Below, one piece after another: positions 9,161-16,676 of a stretch of DNA of 50,462 nucleotides. The DNA comes from a virus (taxonomy: Duplodnaviria; Caudoviricetes). The translations under genes and the position numbers were made by a program. Position 1 is the stretch's first letter, and the number at the start of each line of letters is the position of its first letter. Under the pieces are notes generated by a model. It saw only the letters and a list, made by a program, of their open reading frames with translations, ran no database searches and had not been told where the DNA came from. The DNA lies in the IMG/VR virus record IMGVR_UViG_3300035670_000309, positions 1 through 50,462 of that record; one strand, given 5' to 3'.

Positions 9161-10491
9161 CAGGTCAGAGCCTCATTTTCAGGCAGAGCCGGGGCCGTCT
9201 GATAGTCTGCCTCGTCGTCTGTGTACAAATCTGTACCGACCGGTACAAGATTGGCCGGTTGATACAGAACGTTTCCACCTTGGATCGGCTCGCGGCCCGG
9301 CAGCAGGGAACGCATCTCGTTTACGGTTTCAATGCCAAGGGTCCGCCGCTTCTCCAGCTCATCCAGCATACGGGACCGAAGCGCGGTAATCTGTTCCGGG
9401 TCGTATGTCAATGACCATTGACGCGGATCCAACCCGAACCGGGGCAGGAGCGCCAGACCAAGCCCAGACATAAGCGCCTGATATACTGGGAGCGCGGCGT
9501 TATCGTAGAAATGATAGGTCGCTGTCTCCATGTTATTGAAAGTGCTGGCGTCTGTTGAGATCAGCGGCAGTGGAATCTTATATCGCTGATAGATGGCGCG
9601 CCCCGCAATGGCGTCTAGCTCCGCAAAATCCATGTCGCGGTTGTTCTGGCCGAACTCCTGAAACGTGACGTCAGTTCCAGAGACGCCAGTCACCCGACCA
9701 GCGTTTGACGCGCCGGAAACCTGCTCATTGAGGGCCCGGATGCGCTCGCGAAGCTCCTCCTGCGTTGGGTCGTCCCCAAAAGTGGCAACAAGTGTCAGCT
9801 TTCCGCCGTTTTGCAACAGAGAAAGGTTATGAACACGGGCCTGAATCTGCTGTTTCGCCTCCAAGAGCGCGGCCTGAAGGGGGCTGTCTGAATACCAGTT
9901 GTCCGCCCGAGACGAAAAAGAGCGAATGCGGAAAAACTCTTTCAGGCTGCCGTCGAGATATCGGGCCATCCGGTCACGAATGTCACGCCGGTAAGTGCCT
10001 GCGCCCTCGCCAATGGTGACCATATACATGGTCGGATAACGGCTGTAACCGTCGCCGGATGGCGTCACGTCAAACGGCTTGATCGCGTAAATCTCTGACG
10101 GTCTGGAGCGGATGTTGCCGATCATCGCTCCGTGGCTGTCGCCGGTCAGCAGGTAATGCGCTGCCAAGGATTTGATGAACTGCTCCCGCGTATCGAACGG
10201 GTTTGGGCGCTCTAAAAACGCGCAAGGCTCGGAACTTTCGACGAATTTACCATCCGGCCCCATCAGGACGGGCGGAATTGCTTTGACTGCGTCCGAGATC
10301 AGATCAACCGCGCTGGCAACGCTGGCGACGGTCGCATAAAACCGCATCGCGTCCGTGTATCCAAGATATCCGCCGTTGCCGCTCAGGATGTAGTCGAGAA
10401 ACGGAGAGCGCCCGGAAGGAATGCCAACTGGCACAATCTGTTTCAGCTGAACCGGCGCTTCAGTTTTGCGCCCAAACGGCCAAAGTTTCAT
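9160..10491 (-). CDS. Portal protein, HK97 family
   Basis: L.RPNPF.T, LLTGD, SPL.AA, DMDFAE, STFNN.E and TVNEMR motifs; follows the terminase. Confidence 0.95.
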   Translation of the reverse strand: MKLWPFGRKTEAPVQLKQIVPVGIPSGRSPFLDYILSGNGGYLGYTDAMRFYATVASVASAVDLISDAVKAIPPVLMGPDGKFVESSEPCAFLERPNPFDTREQFIKSLAAHYLLTGDSHGAMIGNIRSRPSEIYAIKPFDVTPSGDGYSRYPTMYMVTIGEGAGTYRRDIRDRMARYLDGSLKEFFRIRSFSSRADNWYSDSPLQAALLEAKQQIQARVHNLSLLQNGGKLTLVATFGDDPTQEELRERIRALNEQVSGASNAGRVTGVSGTDVTFQEFGQNNRDMDFAELDAIAGRAIYQRYKIPLPLISTDASTFNNMETATYHFYDNAALPVYQALMSGLGLALLPRFGLDPRQWSLTYDPEQITALRSRMLDELEKRRTLGIETVNEMRSLLPGREPIQGGNVLYQPANLVPVGTDLYTDDEADYQTAPALPENEALT

Positions 10492-10557
10492 TGCTGATAT
10501 CCTGATTTACGTCTAGGCGCTGTGTAATATCGCACGGAATTTTGATCTTGACAACGA

Positions 10558-12000
10558 TCAGGCCACGGCGAACGTTTTCTTGCCGGATGTAGATAGCATA
10601 TCATTAATGGCGTCGATCATTGGGTCGATCTGGTCGTCGTGTGCATGGCTATCGTCTGCTGAAAATGCCTCGCACTCAGCTACAAAATCAGACAGCCATG
10701 GCGCTGATTCAGGGATACATACGTAACCAGACTGGATGAATGGCGTCACATCCATAACGCGGGTCAACTTGTCAGTGTTCCTCTGCTGGGCCTTTATCGG
10801 AATCTTCGCTTCTCTCTTTATCTCCTGAATCAGCCCCGTACCGCTTGCCTTATCCTCGACGATCATTTGACGCAACCGGCCTGAGTGCGAAGCATTTATC
10901 GCAGAATGCTTCGCCCAAAAAGCCTTTGCGTTAACCTTCAGGTCTGGGGCTTCCCACTTTCCGCGCAGCAGGTCGAGAAGGTAAATCTTCCCATCCTCTC
11001 CAAGCCCCCAGCACTCGAAAACGCTGTAATCGTTGCGCTCTTTCGTTTTTTGGGCGGTATCTGCGAAAATCTTTCTGAATTTGATGACCGGCGGAATAGC
11101 GTATCTTCCGAACCACTGCCCTTTGATCAGGCCACCACCAAGCGCGGACGGTCGCTGTTGAAACTGCCCGGCCACCGCGTGAGAGCCCATGATTTTCTTG
11201 TCTCGGTCCACGACTTCTCGCGGAAATCTCTCCGGGAAAAGAAGCTCACCATCCTCCTTACGCGGATCTTCAAACCCGATAGACGTGACGCATTTACGCG
11301 ACGGTTCAAATTCCATCGGCAGGCAAAGATGCTCGTATCCAAAATCATCAGACAGGATCACGCCGGAAACGTCGCGCTCGGCAAGCCGCTGCATCACAAT
11401 CACGATTGCCGAATGCTCCGGCGAAACGAGTCGCGTGGTCAGCGTGTCGCGGAAAATGCGTTCTGCCTCACGCAATGCCGCCGGGCTGTATCCGTCCTCA
11501 ACCGATAGGGGGTCATCCCAGATGATCCGATCACCGCGGCGGCCCGTCATAGACCGCACCGCGCAAGCCTGCCGGAATCCGCTCGATGTGTTCTCGAAAT
11601 TCATCTTCTGGTTATTGTCGCCACGCAGTTCCAGAGGCCAATGCTTCTGATACCAATCGCTTTCGATGAGGCGGCGCATTTTCAAGCTATCGCGCACAGC
11701 AAGAGATTGCTCGTGCGATGCCCCAATAAAACGCTTCGTCGGATTGATCGTCCATTCCCACGCGGGCCAGTAAACCGAGACGGCGGACGACTTAGACGTT
11801 CCGGGAGGGATGTTAATCAGTAAGCGCTTGATTTCACCACGGGTAACGGCCTCAAGATGCTCAGCCAGCGCGTCCATGTGCCAACCATGCACATAAGGCA
11901 TCCCCGGATCAATCTGCGGCCACGCTTGACGCAAAAAATCGATCAGGTGCCGTTCGCAAAGCTCTTTTTCGCACGCATCAAAATCAGACTGTGTCAGCAT
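10558..12000 (-). CDS. terL: Terminase large subunit
   Basis: LLINIPPGTSKS (Walker A), IIWDDP, FADTA, IVEDKASG and HDDQID nuclease motifs. Confidence 0.95.
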   Translation of the reverse strand: MLTQSDFDACEKELCERHLIDFLRQAWPQIDPGMPYVHGWHMDALAEHLEAVTRGEIKRLLINIPPGTSKSSAVSVYWPAWEWTINPTKRFIGASHEQSLAVRDSLKMRRLIESDWYQKHWPLELRGDNNQKMNFENTSSGFRQACAVRSMTGRRGDRIIWDDPLSVEDGYSPAALREAERIFRDTLTTRLVSPEHSAIVIVMQRLAERDVSGVILSDDFGYEHLCLPMEFEPSRKCVTSIGFEDPRKEDGELLFPERFPREVVDRDKKIMGSHAVAGQFQQRPSALGGGLIKGQWFGRYAIPPVIKFRKIFADTAQKTKERNDYSVFECWGLGEDGKIYLLDLLRGKWEAPDLKVNAKAFWAKHSAINASHSGRLRQMIVEDKASGTGLIQEIKREAKIPIKAQQRNTDKLTRVMDVTPFIQSGYVCIPESAPWLSDFVAECEAFSADDSHAHDDQIDPMIDAINDMLSTSGKKTFAVA

Positions 12001-12397
12001 CGGACTTCGCCGCCATGATTTCGCGAAGGGCTTCAGACGATAGAGCCTTAGCGTCGATCACAGGAGCGGGCGACATGCTCTTATCGCTGCTGGTGTGGTC
12101 GATCTGGCGCTTATCGCTCCACTCGTCCGGGGCCGCGTTCTTCAGTGCGAAAATGCGGGCAGTGACCATAGGGCCCACCTCAGACCCGAGCAAGCCGCGC
12201 TCAAGGCATTCTGTCCTGCAACCCTGAGCAATCTTTACCGCGTCCGAAAATTCAGGGTGATTAGACATCCATTCGTTGATCGTTGACTTGGCAACGCGCA
12301 AATGACCGGCAAAAGCAGTCAGAGAAAGACCCTCAGACATGAACTCAATTACGGCCTCGCAATACTTAGGATCGTACTTAGTCGGCCTACCTGCCAT
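11984..12397 (-). CDS. terS: Terminase small subunit
   Basis: GRPTKY.P, helix-turn-helix, HPEFSDA and IFALKN...W.DK motifs; overlaps the terL start. Confidence 0.9.
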   Translation of the reverse strand: MAGRPTKYDPKYCEAVIEFMSEGLSLTAFAGHLRVAKSTINEWMSNHPEFSDAVKIAQGCRTECLERGLLGSEVGPMVTARIFALKNAAPDEWSDKRQIDHTSSDKSMSPAPVIDAKALSSEALREIMAAKSDADTV

Positions 12398-12477
12398 GTC
12401 AGCCTCCTTGCTGATACACACTTTCGTTAGTGTATAACATGACGCATCAACAGGACAGACGTTTATGCGCCCGCGCT

Positions 12478-12506
12478 TGATGAATTAGGTTTTCTGTGCC
12501 ATAAAA
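12478..12506 (+). promoter_or_regulatory. Sigma70-like promoter TTGATG-N17-CATAAA
   Basis: Directly upstream of the strong hairpin at 12512-12541. Confidence 0.5.
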
Positions 12507-12509
12507 GAG

Positions 12510-13060
12510 TTGGGGCCAGCCGCTGCAAACGGTCTGGCCCCGAGACTGCGGTTACTGGGAGAATTCCCGCAGTTGTGATGCTGAATATGTACCAGATGGT
12601 ACGGATCAAGTCAACATCATCTGATATTCCCCCCAACTGTTACCGGGTCAGCCCTCAAAACCGGATATCTCATCGGGAAGGACCCCCGCCCCTGTCTGGT
12701 TGCCCAATCGCGCCAGACGAGAATGCAGGCATATGAACGGCACGAAGTATAGTACCCACCTATCAGGGGATATTTGATAGAGCCGGGACGGCTGGCCCAC
12801 GTAACGGGTACCTGCTGGATAGGTGAGTGGAATAAGATTGGCCCTCAGCGCGTTGCAGGCCCTGTTATTGGGGATGCCGGGATACGCGGGGGTCTTCTAT
12901 TGTCTAATGGGATGTAGTGCGCCAATAGGTTGAAACAATTTGTAATTGCTCAATCAGACGATTAGCATTGATTGTATTTATCAGATTAATCAAATATGCC
13001 TCTGCGATGAATACGCAGTCGATCCCAAGCAAAAAGCCCCACCTTTCGGAAGGGCTTTCT
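12510..13060 (+). ncRNA. Candidate ~550-nt structured non-coding RNA
   Basis: No ORF of 60 aa or more on either strand. Series of hairpins, with a promoter at the 5' end and a terminator hairpin at the 3' end. Confidence 0.4.
13030..13060. terminator. Probably bidirectional intrinsic terminator
   Basis: aaaaagcccc-acctttcggaa-gggctttct; the T-run is longer on the minus strand. Confidence 0.7.
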
Positions 13061-13097
13061 GATCAACACGGAGAGAAGGAAAAGAGGAGGTGAGAAC

Positions 13098-13126
13098 ACT
13101 CTATTGATTTCTGTCTGGGGAGTCAA
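13098..13126 (-). promoter_or_regulatory. Sigma70-like promoter TTGACT-N17-TAGAGT
   Basis: -35 at 13126-13121 and -10 at 13103-13098, beginning 3 nt after the last CRISPR-like repeat. Confidence 0.6.
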
Positions 13127-13129
13127 CCT

Positions 13130-13297
13130 GTCTTTACCAAAAATCGCGAGTAACCGCATGTGGCGGCGTATGCAACACTACCTGTCGTTACCCTCCAAAT
13201 CGCCGGTAACCGCATGGGAACCATTGCAACCCGCTGATTTGCTTGGGTAATTCGTCGCTTTGATCTCACAATCTCGCGACGGGCCGGACATCGGCCC
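13130..13297 (-). CRISPR. CRISPR-like mini-array 2: structured leader, two repeats (33 and 31 nt) and a 23-nt spacer
   Basis: Repeats CATGCGGTTACCGGCGATTTGGAGGGTAACGAC (13216-13184) and CATGCGGTTACTCGCGATTTTTGGTAAAGAC (13160-13130). Spacer AGGTAGTGTTGCATACGCCGCCA. Leader hairpin GGGCCG-ATGTC-CGGCCC. Confidence 0.65.
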
Positions 13298-13326
13298 AAA
13301 TCAGAGAGATTTTACTTCAGGCCCGA

Positions 13327-13542
13327 CTACTTAGCGCCGGTGATAGGATCTTTTTTCGAGGCGCTTTCAGCCCGCGCAATTTCCAACGCCAGACCGTTAG
13401 CGGCAACAACACCCAGCCCGACATAGCCCAGCTTAGAGGCATCTTCCGGCGCAATATTACCATCAACAGAGGCATTCAGAACCCGGTGCAGGGTGTTCGC
13501 AACGTCGCGGGTCTGGTCGTGCATTTCCCTGAAATCGTTCAT
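13327..13542 (-). CDS. Small hypothetical protein translationally coupled to the TnpB-like gene
   Basis: 71 aa; its ATG overlaps the TnpB-like stop (ATGA). Confidence 0.7.
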   Translation of the reverse strand: MNDFREMHDQTRDVANTLHRVLNASVDGNIAPEDASKLGYVGLGVVAANGLALEIARAESASKKDPITGAK

Positions 13543-14819
13543 TTCGCCTTTTCCTTTCGCATCAGCTTCTTTGCCACTTTGGCTGTTTTGACAATCTCGT
13601 TGCCAAGTTCGACAACGTGAGCGGTCTTTTTCTCTGCCACGGTGCCGCCTGCCTCCGTGATTTTGTCTTTAATCAGCCCGACGAACATCGCGGGAGCCAT
13701 GCTCAAGACAAAACGGTTAAACCCTGCTTTCCACTTCACCTTTGCGCCGTGTTCTTTCCGATCACCGGCACCGGTCGCCGTCGCATCCTTGATGCTTTTC
13801 GGCTGGTAGATCGTCACTTCGCCAAACTCGCGGGCGATAGCTGCTGACAGATTATGCAGGCGGTTGGCCCGCTGGTTAGCCTGTCGCGCCTCAAGCCGCG
13901 CCTTCATGGTCCGCAGCTTTTTATAGCGGTTGCTGCCCCGCTTGCACCGCGCCATGGCCTGCTGGATTTGGCCCACGCAGTCAACTTCTTCTCTGGAATT
14001 CCGCAACTCACTGTCGTCACCCTGCGCTTCATGGGCTTCCGCAGGCATCCCGACCACAGCATAGACCACTACGTTCTTGTCGTCACCCCGCATTTCCTGG
14101 GCTTCCGTAGGAGCTTCCCCGTTAAAGCCCTGAAAGTTAAGGGTGATTCGTCCGTCAGAAGCGATAGAAACCGCAACCTCAGGACCGGCGAGACATTCGC
14201 CGTCAACGATCTTCGCAAGCTGCGTCATCAGGTCAAGCCCGATCACGCCCTTCCGAGTCCCAGCCACACGCCGGGATTCTGTTTCAACCGCGACGGAAAG
14301 AAACCACTCTCCGCCACGGTAAAGAATTTCACCGTTCTTGACCGTCCCACCATTCGGCAGGCATCCGCGCATTTTGATCCATCCCTCAATAGACTGGATC
14401 CGAACACGGCCTTTTTTCTCCCCAATTTCGCAGTCCCATCCAGCCTTTGGTTTTCCTAGCGGGAATCCTGAGTAGTACTCTGAACCTTGGTAGCGAGGAA
14501 ATCCAGACGACGCTCCATCTCCTTTTTTGGCGCGAGCAAAGAAAGCTTTATACGCTTCATCAAGGCGCTTCGCCGTCCCGTTCATCGACGCTGAACCTAG
14601 AGCTTTGTAATCATGGTCTACGGCACGAAGCTTAGTGTTGTTGGCAGTCTGATCGAAATACGTAAGGCTCTTTCCACACCGTTCGAAGGCATCAATCCGT
14701 TGCTCCAGAAGAGCATTATACAGGCGGCAATGCAGACTCCGCACCACATCAAGCCGGGCGGCTTGCGTCGCATTCGGATACAGCTTGAAGTTATAGCGAC
14801 GAATAATCATCGCGGCCAC
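13539..14819 (-). CDS. TnpB/Cas12-like RNA-guided protein, probably nuclease-dead, with an in-frame internal array insertion
   Basis: RRYNFKLYPNATQ..., CRLYNALLE, RLDEAYKAFF...GFPRY, RuvC-I VIGLD, KRGSNRY...LHNLS and KAGFNR motifs. RuvC-II reads VTIYQP instead of ..VEDL, and there is no C-terminal CxxC zinc finger or DRD. Confidence 0.85.
   Translation of the reverse strand: MAAMIIRRYNFKLYPNATQAARLDVVRSLHCRLYNALLEQRIDAFERCGKSLTYFDQTANNTKLRAVDHDYKALGSASMNGTAKRLDEAYKAFFARAKKGDGASSGFPRYQGSEYYSGFPLGKPKAGWDCEIGEKKGRVRIQSIEGWIKMRGCLPNGGTVKNGEILYRGGEWFLSVAVETESRRVAGTRKGVIGLDLMTQLAKIVDGECLAGPEVAVSIASDGRITLNFQGFNGEAPTEAQEMRGDDKNVVVYAVVGMPAEAHEAQGDDSELRNSREEVDCVGQIQQAMARCKRGSNRYKKLRTMKARLEARQANQRANRLHNLSAAIAREFGEVTIYQPKSIKDATATGAGDRKEHGAKVKWKAGFNRFVLSMAPAMFVGLIKDKITEAGGTVAEKKTAHVVELGNEIVKTAKVAKKLMRKEKAK
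14013..14201 (-). CRISPR. CRISPR-like mini-array 1 embedded in the TnpB-like coding sequence: leader, two 33-nt repeats and a 33-nt spacer
   Basis: Repeats CCTACGGAAGCCCAGGAAATGCGGGGTGACGAC (14111-14079) and CCTGCGGAAGCCCATGAAGCGCAGGGTGACGAC (14045-14013). Spacer AAGAACGTAGTGGTCTATGCTGTGGTCGGGATG. Leader hairpin GGCGA-ATGTC-TCGCC. Confidence 0.65.
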
Positions 14820-14822
14820 CGA

Positions 14823-15131
14823 TCACAGAGAAACAGAGAAGGAAGCAAAGCCTTCATCAGCAAACTTATTGCGACGAGCGGCAATCGCTGCATCAGACGC
14901 AACCGGCAGGTATCCGGTTCCATTCAGCGTGAAGAACCGGCCACCAGAGCAGAACTCATCAGCGCGAACGCAGATCATGCCGTCTTGAAACTCGTTAAAG
15001 TCGGAAGCCTTAGCAGACCCGGCAATCTCTTTCATCGCGACAACCTTACGACCACGACCCGGCTTTACCAGAAGAAACAGGTTATCGCAAACGATGTTGG
15101 AGATTTCGAAATCGTAGCTGATCTTTTCCAT
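14823..15131 (-). CDS. Hypothetical protein; first gene of the TnpB-like operon
   Basis: ATG at 15131 follows the shared promoter/leader cassette. The stop lies 3 nt before the TnpB-like start. Confidence 0.65.
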   Translation of the reverse strand: MEKISYDFEISNIVCDNLFLLVKPGRGRKVVAMKEIAGSAKASDFNEFQDGMICVRADEFCSGGRFFTLNGTGYLPVASDAAIAARRNKFADEGFASFSVSL

Positions 15132-15212
15132 GATGCGGCCCCTTGCCGTTTCTGCTGCGGCCCCTGCCGCTGCTGATGAAACTGTTATATCGGCTTTTGA
15201 TCGTCTCGTCAC
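15129..15212 (-). promoter_or_regulatory. Promoter GTGACG-N17-TATAAC with a repeated 5' leader (copy 1)
   Basis: Leader cagcagcggcaggggccgcagcagaaacggcaaggggccgcatcATG is nearly identical to 16594-16640. Confidence 0.7.
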
Positions 15213-15222
15213 ACGAAAAAAT

Positions 15223-15462
15223 CTAAGCCTTTATTTTTTTAGCTCCCTTGGTTTCCAGCCGGTTCCACTCAGACCGGACCATCATCACCGCCTGAATCTG
15301 GCTCAACCCGCGACTGGCTTCAGCCTCGTTTTCGCACTCGATCCTAATTTCAGGACCGTTGCCAGTCGTCAGGATCACAACATTTCCTGACACCTGTGCC
15401 AGACAGTCAGGCTTCATGGAGCAGAGCGGCAGCAGCGTATTTCCGATCTTGATGTGGGTCAT
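15223..15462 (-). CDS. Hypothetical protein
   Basis: ORF in the co-oriented early cluster. Confidence 0.5.
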   Translation of the reverse strand: MTHIKIGNTLLPLCSMKPDCLAQVSGNVVILTTGNGPEIRIECENEAEASRGLSQIQAVMMVRSEWNRLETKGAKKIKA

Positions 15463-15619
15463 TTCCGCCCCCGCGTCTGCCAAGCGTAAATAGCCAGCAC
15501 AAGCACGCTGTTTGCAATCAGCATGACGCCTAATCGCTGCCCCTCAAGCATTACCATCCATACAGTCATGAGAGAACCAATTAAAAGAGCCGCCAGAACG
15601 TTTCCTATCAACGTATAGA

Positions 15620-15835
15620 TCATTCTTGAAGCTCCCTGATCAGTTCCCGCGCCATGTCAACGTGCGCGGTCAGAAGGTTTAAAAGCTCCATCCGCAGCCA
15701 TTTCGGTACCTCAGAATCCCCGGCGTCGTAACGCTGCACGGTCCGCAACGATATGTCAAAGTCACGGGCTACAGGGTTTCGCCAATTGTCTCCATAGAGT
15801 ATCTGGCATGATCTCTCAAACTGGTCTGGCGTCAT
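15620..15835 (-). CDS. Small HTH DNA-binding protein
   Basis: LYGDNWRNPVARDFDISLRTVQRY..G..EVP pattern. Confidence 0.6.
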   Translation of the reverse strand: MTPDQFERSCQILYGDNWRNPVARDFDISLRTVQRYDAGDSEVPKWLRMELLNLLTAHVDMARELIRELQE

Positions 15836-16341
15836 TACTCGGCCTCCTCGATCAATTCCCGTAAGCGGCCAACCTGCCATTCGCGTTCGGCGTCAAAATC
15901 AAGTGAGGCGTCCGCAGCCAGCGATGCCGTGTGGAAGGCAAGGTATGCGGATAAGTATACATCGTCTGTTTCGGCACAGAAAGCGGCGTAATAGGCAGAT
16001 CTACAAGCGTTTCTAGCGCGGTCAGCGTAGGTTGCATCTTCAGAAGCGAGTCCCGCGCATTCATCCCCATTTCTATCAGCATTAATCACGATGGATTCCA
16101 AGATAGGAGACACACGCTTCACGCAGTTCGCAGCAAAAGTTGCGCACAACTTACGGCTCTTATCTCCGAAAATGTTCGCGACAATCCAGAGCGCATCTGA
16201 GATGCCTTTGAAGTCCAGAACAGCGGCTACCGGAAGAGGCTCGTTGTCCTCCTTAGTCTTGCCCAGATGTTTAAGAAAATTTTCCCAATCACTTCGATAG
16301 ATACCGGCAGCGCGGATTTCGTTAAGGGTCGTGGTCAGCAT
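15835..16341 (-). CDS. Phage hypothetical protein (TTLNEIR...LGKTK.D.EPL family), paralog of 23330-23947
   Basis: Shared N-terminal motif, A-rich C-terminus and EREWQ..RL ending. Confidence 0.7.
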   Translation of the reverse strand: MLTTTLNEIRAAGIYRSDWENFLKHLGKTKEDNEPLPVAAVLDFKGISDALWIVANIFGDKSRKLCATFAANCVKRVSPILESIVINADRNGDECAGLASEDATYADRARNACRSAYYAAFCAETDDVYLSAYLAFHTASLAADASLDFDAEREWQVGRLRELIEEAE

Positions 16342-16413
16342 TTACTGAATCCCCACCATCATGGAAGCGATGAACTTCTGTTCTTGTCCGTCAGCCCGGC
16401 GGATAATCATCCC

Positions 16414-16596
16414 TCACGCCTCCGCAAAGGTTTTTTGCGCAAGGCGGATCAGATCTTCAAACTGAGAGCAGATCTTTTCATTTTTCTCGGCAATCGCAAC
16501 CATGATCTCATGAAACGAAACTTCATGCTTTTCAGCCAGAAACTTCATGGTTTCGACGGCGACGGTTGCGGTGAAGTGAGCGATTTCTTTGTTCAT
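16414..16596 (-). CDS. Hypothetical protein
   Basis: Starts directly after the repeated promoter/leader cassette. Confidence 0.65.
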   Translation of the reverse strand: MNKEIAHFTATVAVETMKFLAEKHEVSFHEIMVAIAEKNEKICSQFEDLIRLAQKTFAEA

Positions 16597-16676
16597 GATG
16601 CGGTCCTTTACCGTTTCTGCTGCGGCCCTTGCCGCTGCTGTAAGACTGTTTTACCTAAAAAAGAGAAGCGCGGCAA
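16594..16676 (-). promoter_or_regulatory. Promoter TTGCCG-N17-TAAAAC with a repeated 5' leader (copy 2)
   Basis: Near-identical to 15129-15186. Confidence 0.7.

Noticed and set aside
13130-13230. TIGR-like dual-spacer array
   Set aside because: Only two units, no regular 36-nt period or box C/D motifs, and no Nop-domain protein nearby.
13539-14819. Active IS200/IS605 insertion sequence
   Set aside because: No tnpA, no evident IS end hairpins, incomplete RuvC motifs, and the gene is integrated into a phage operon.
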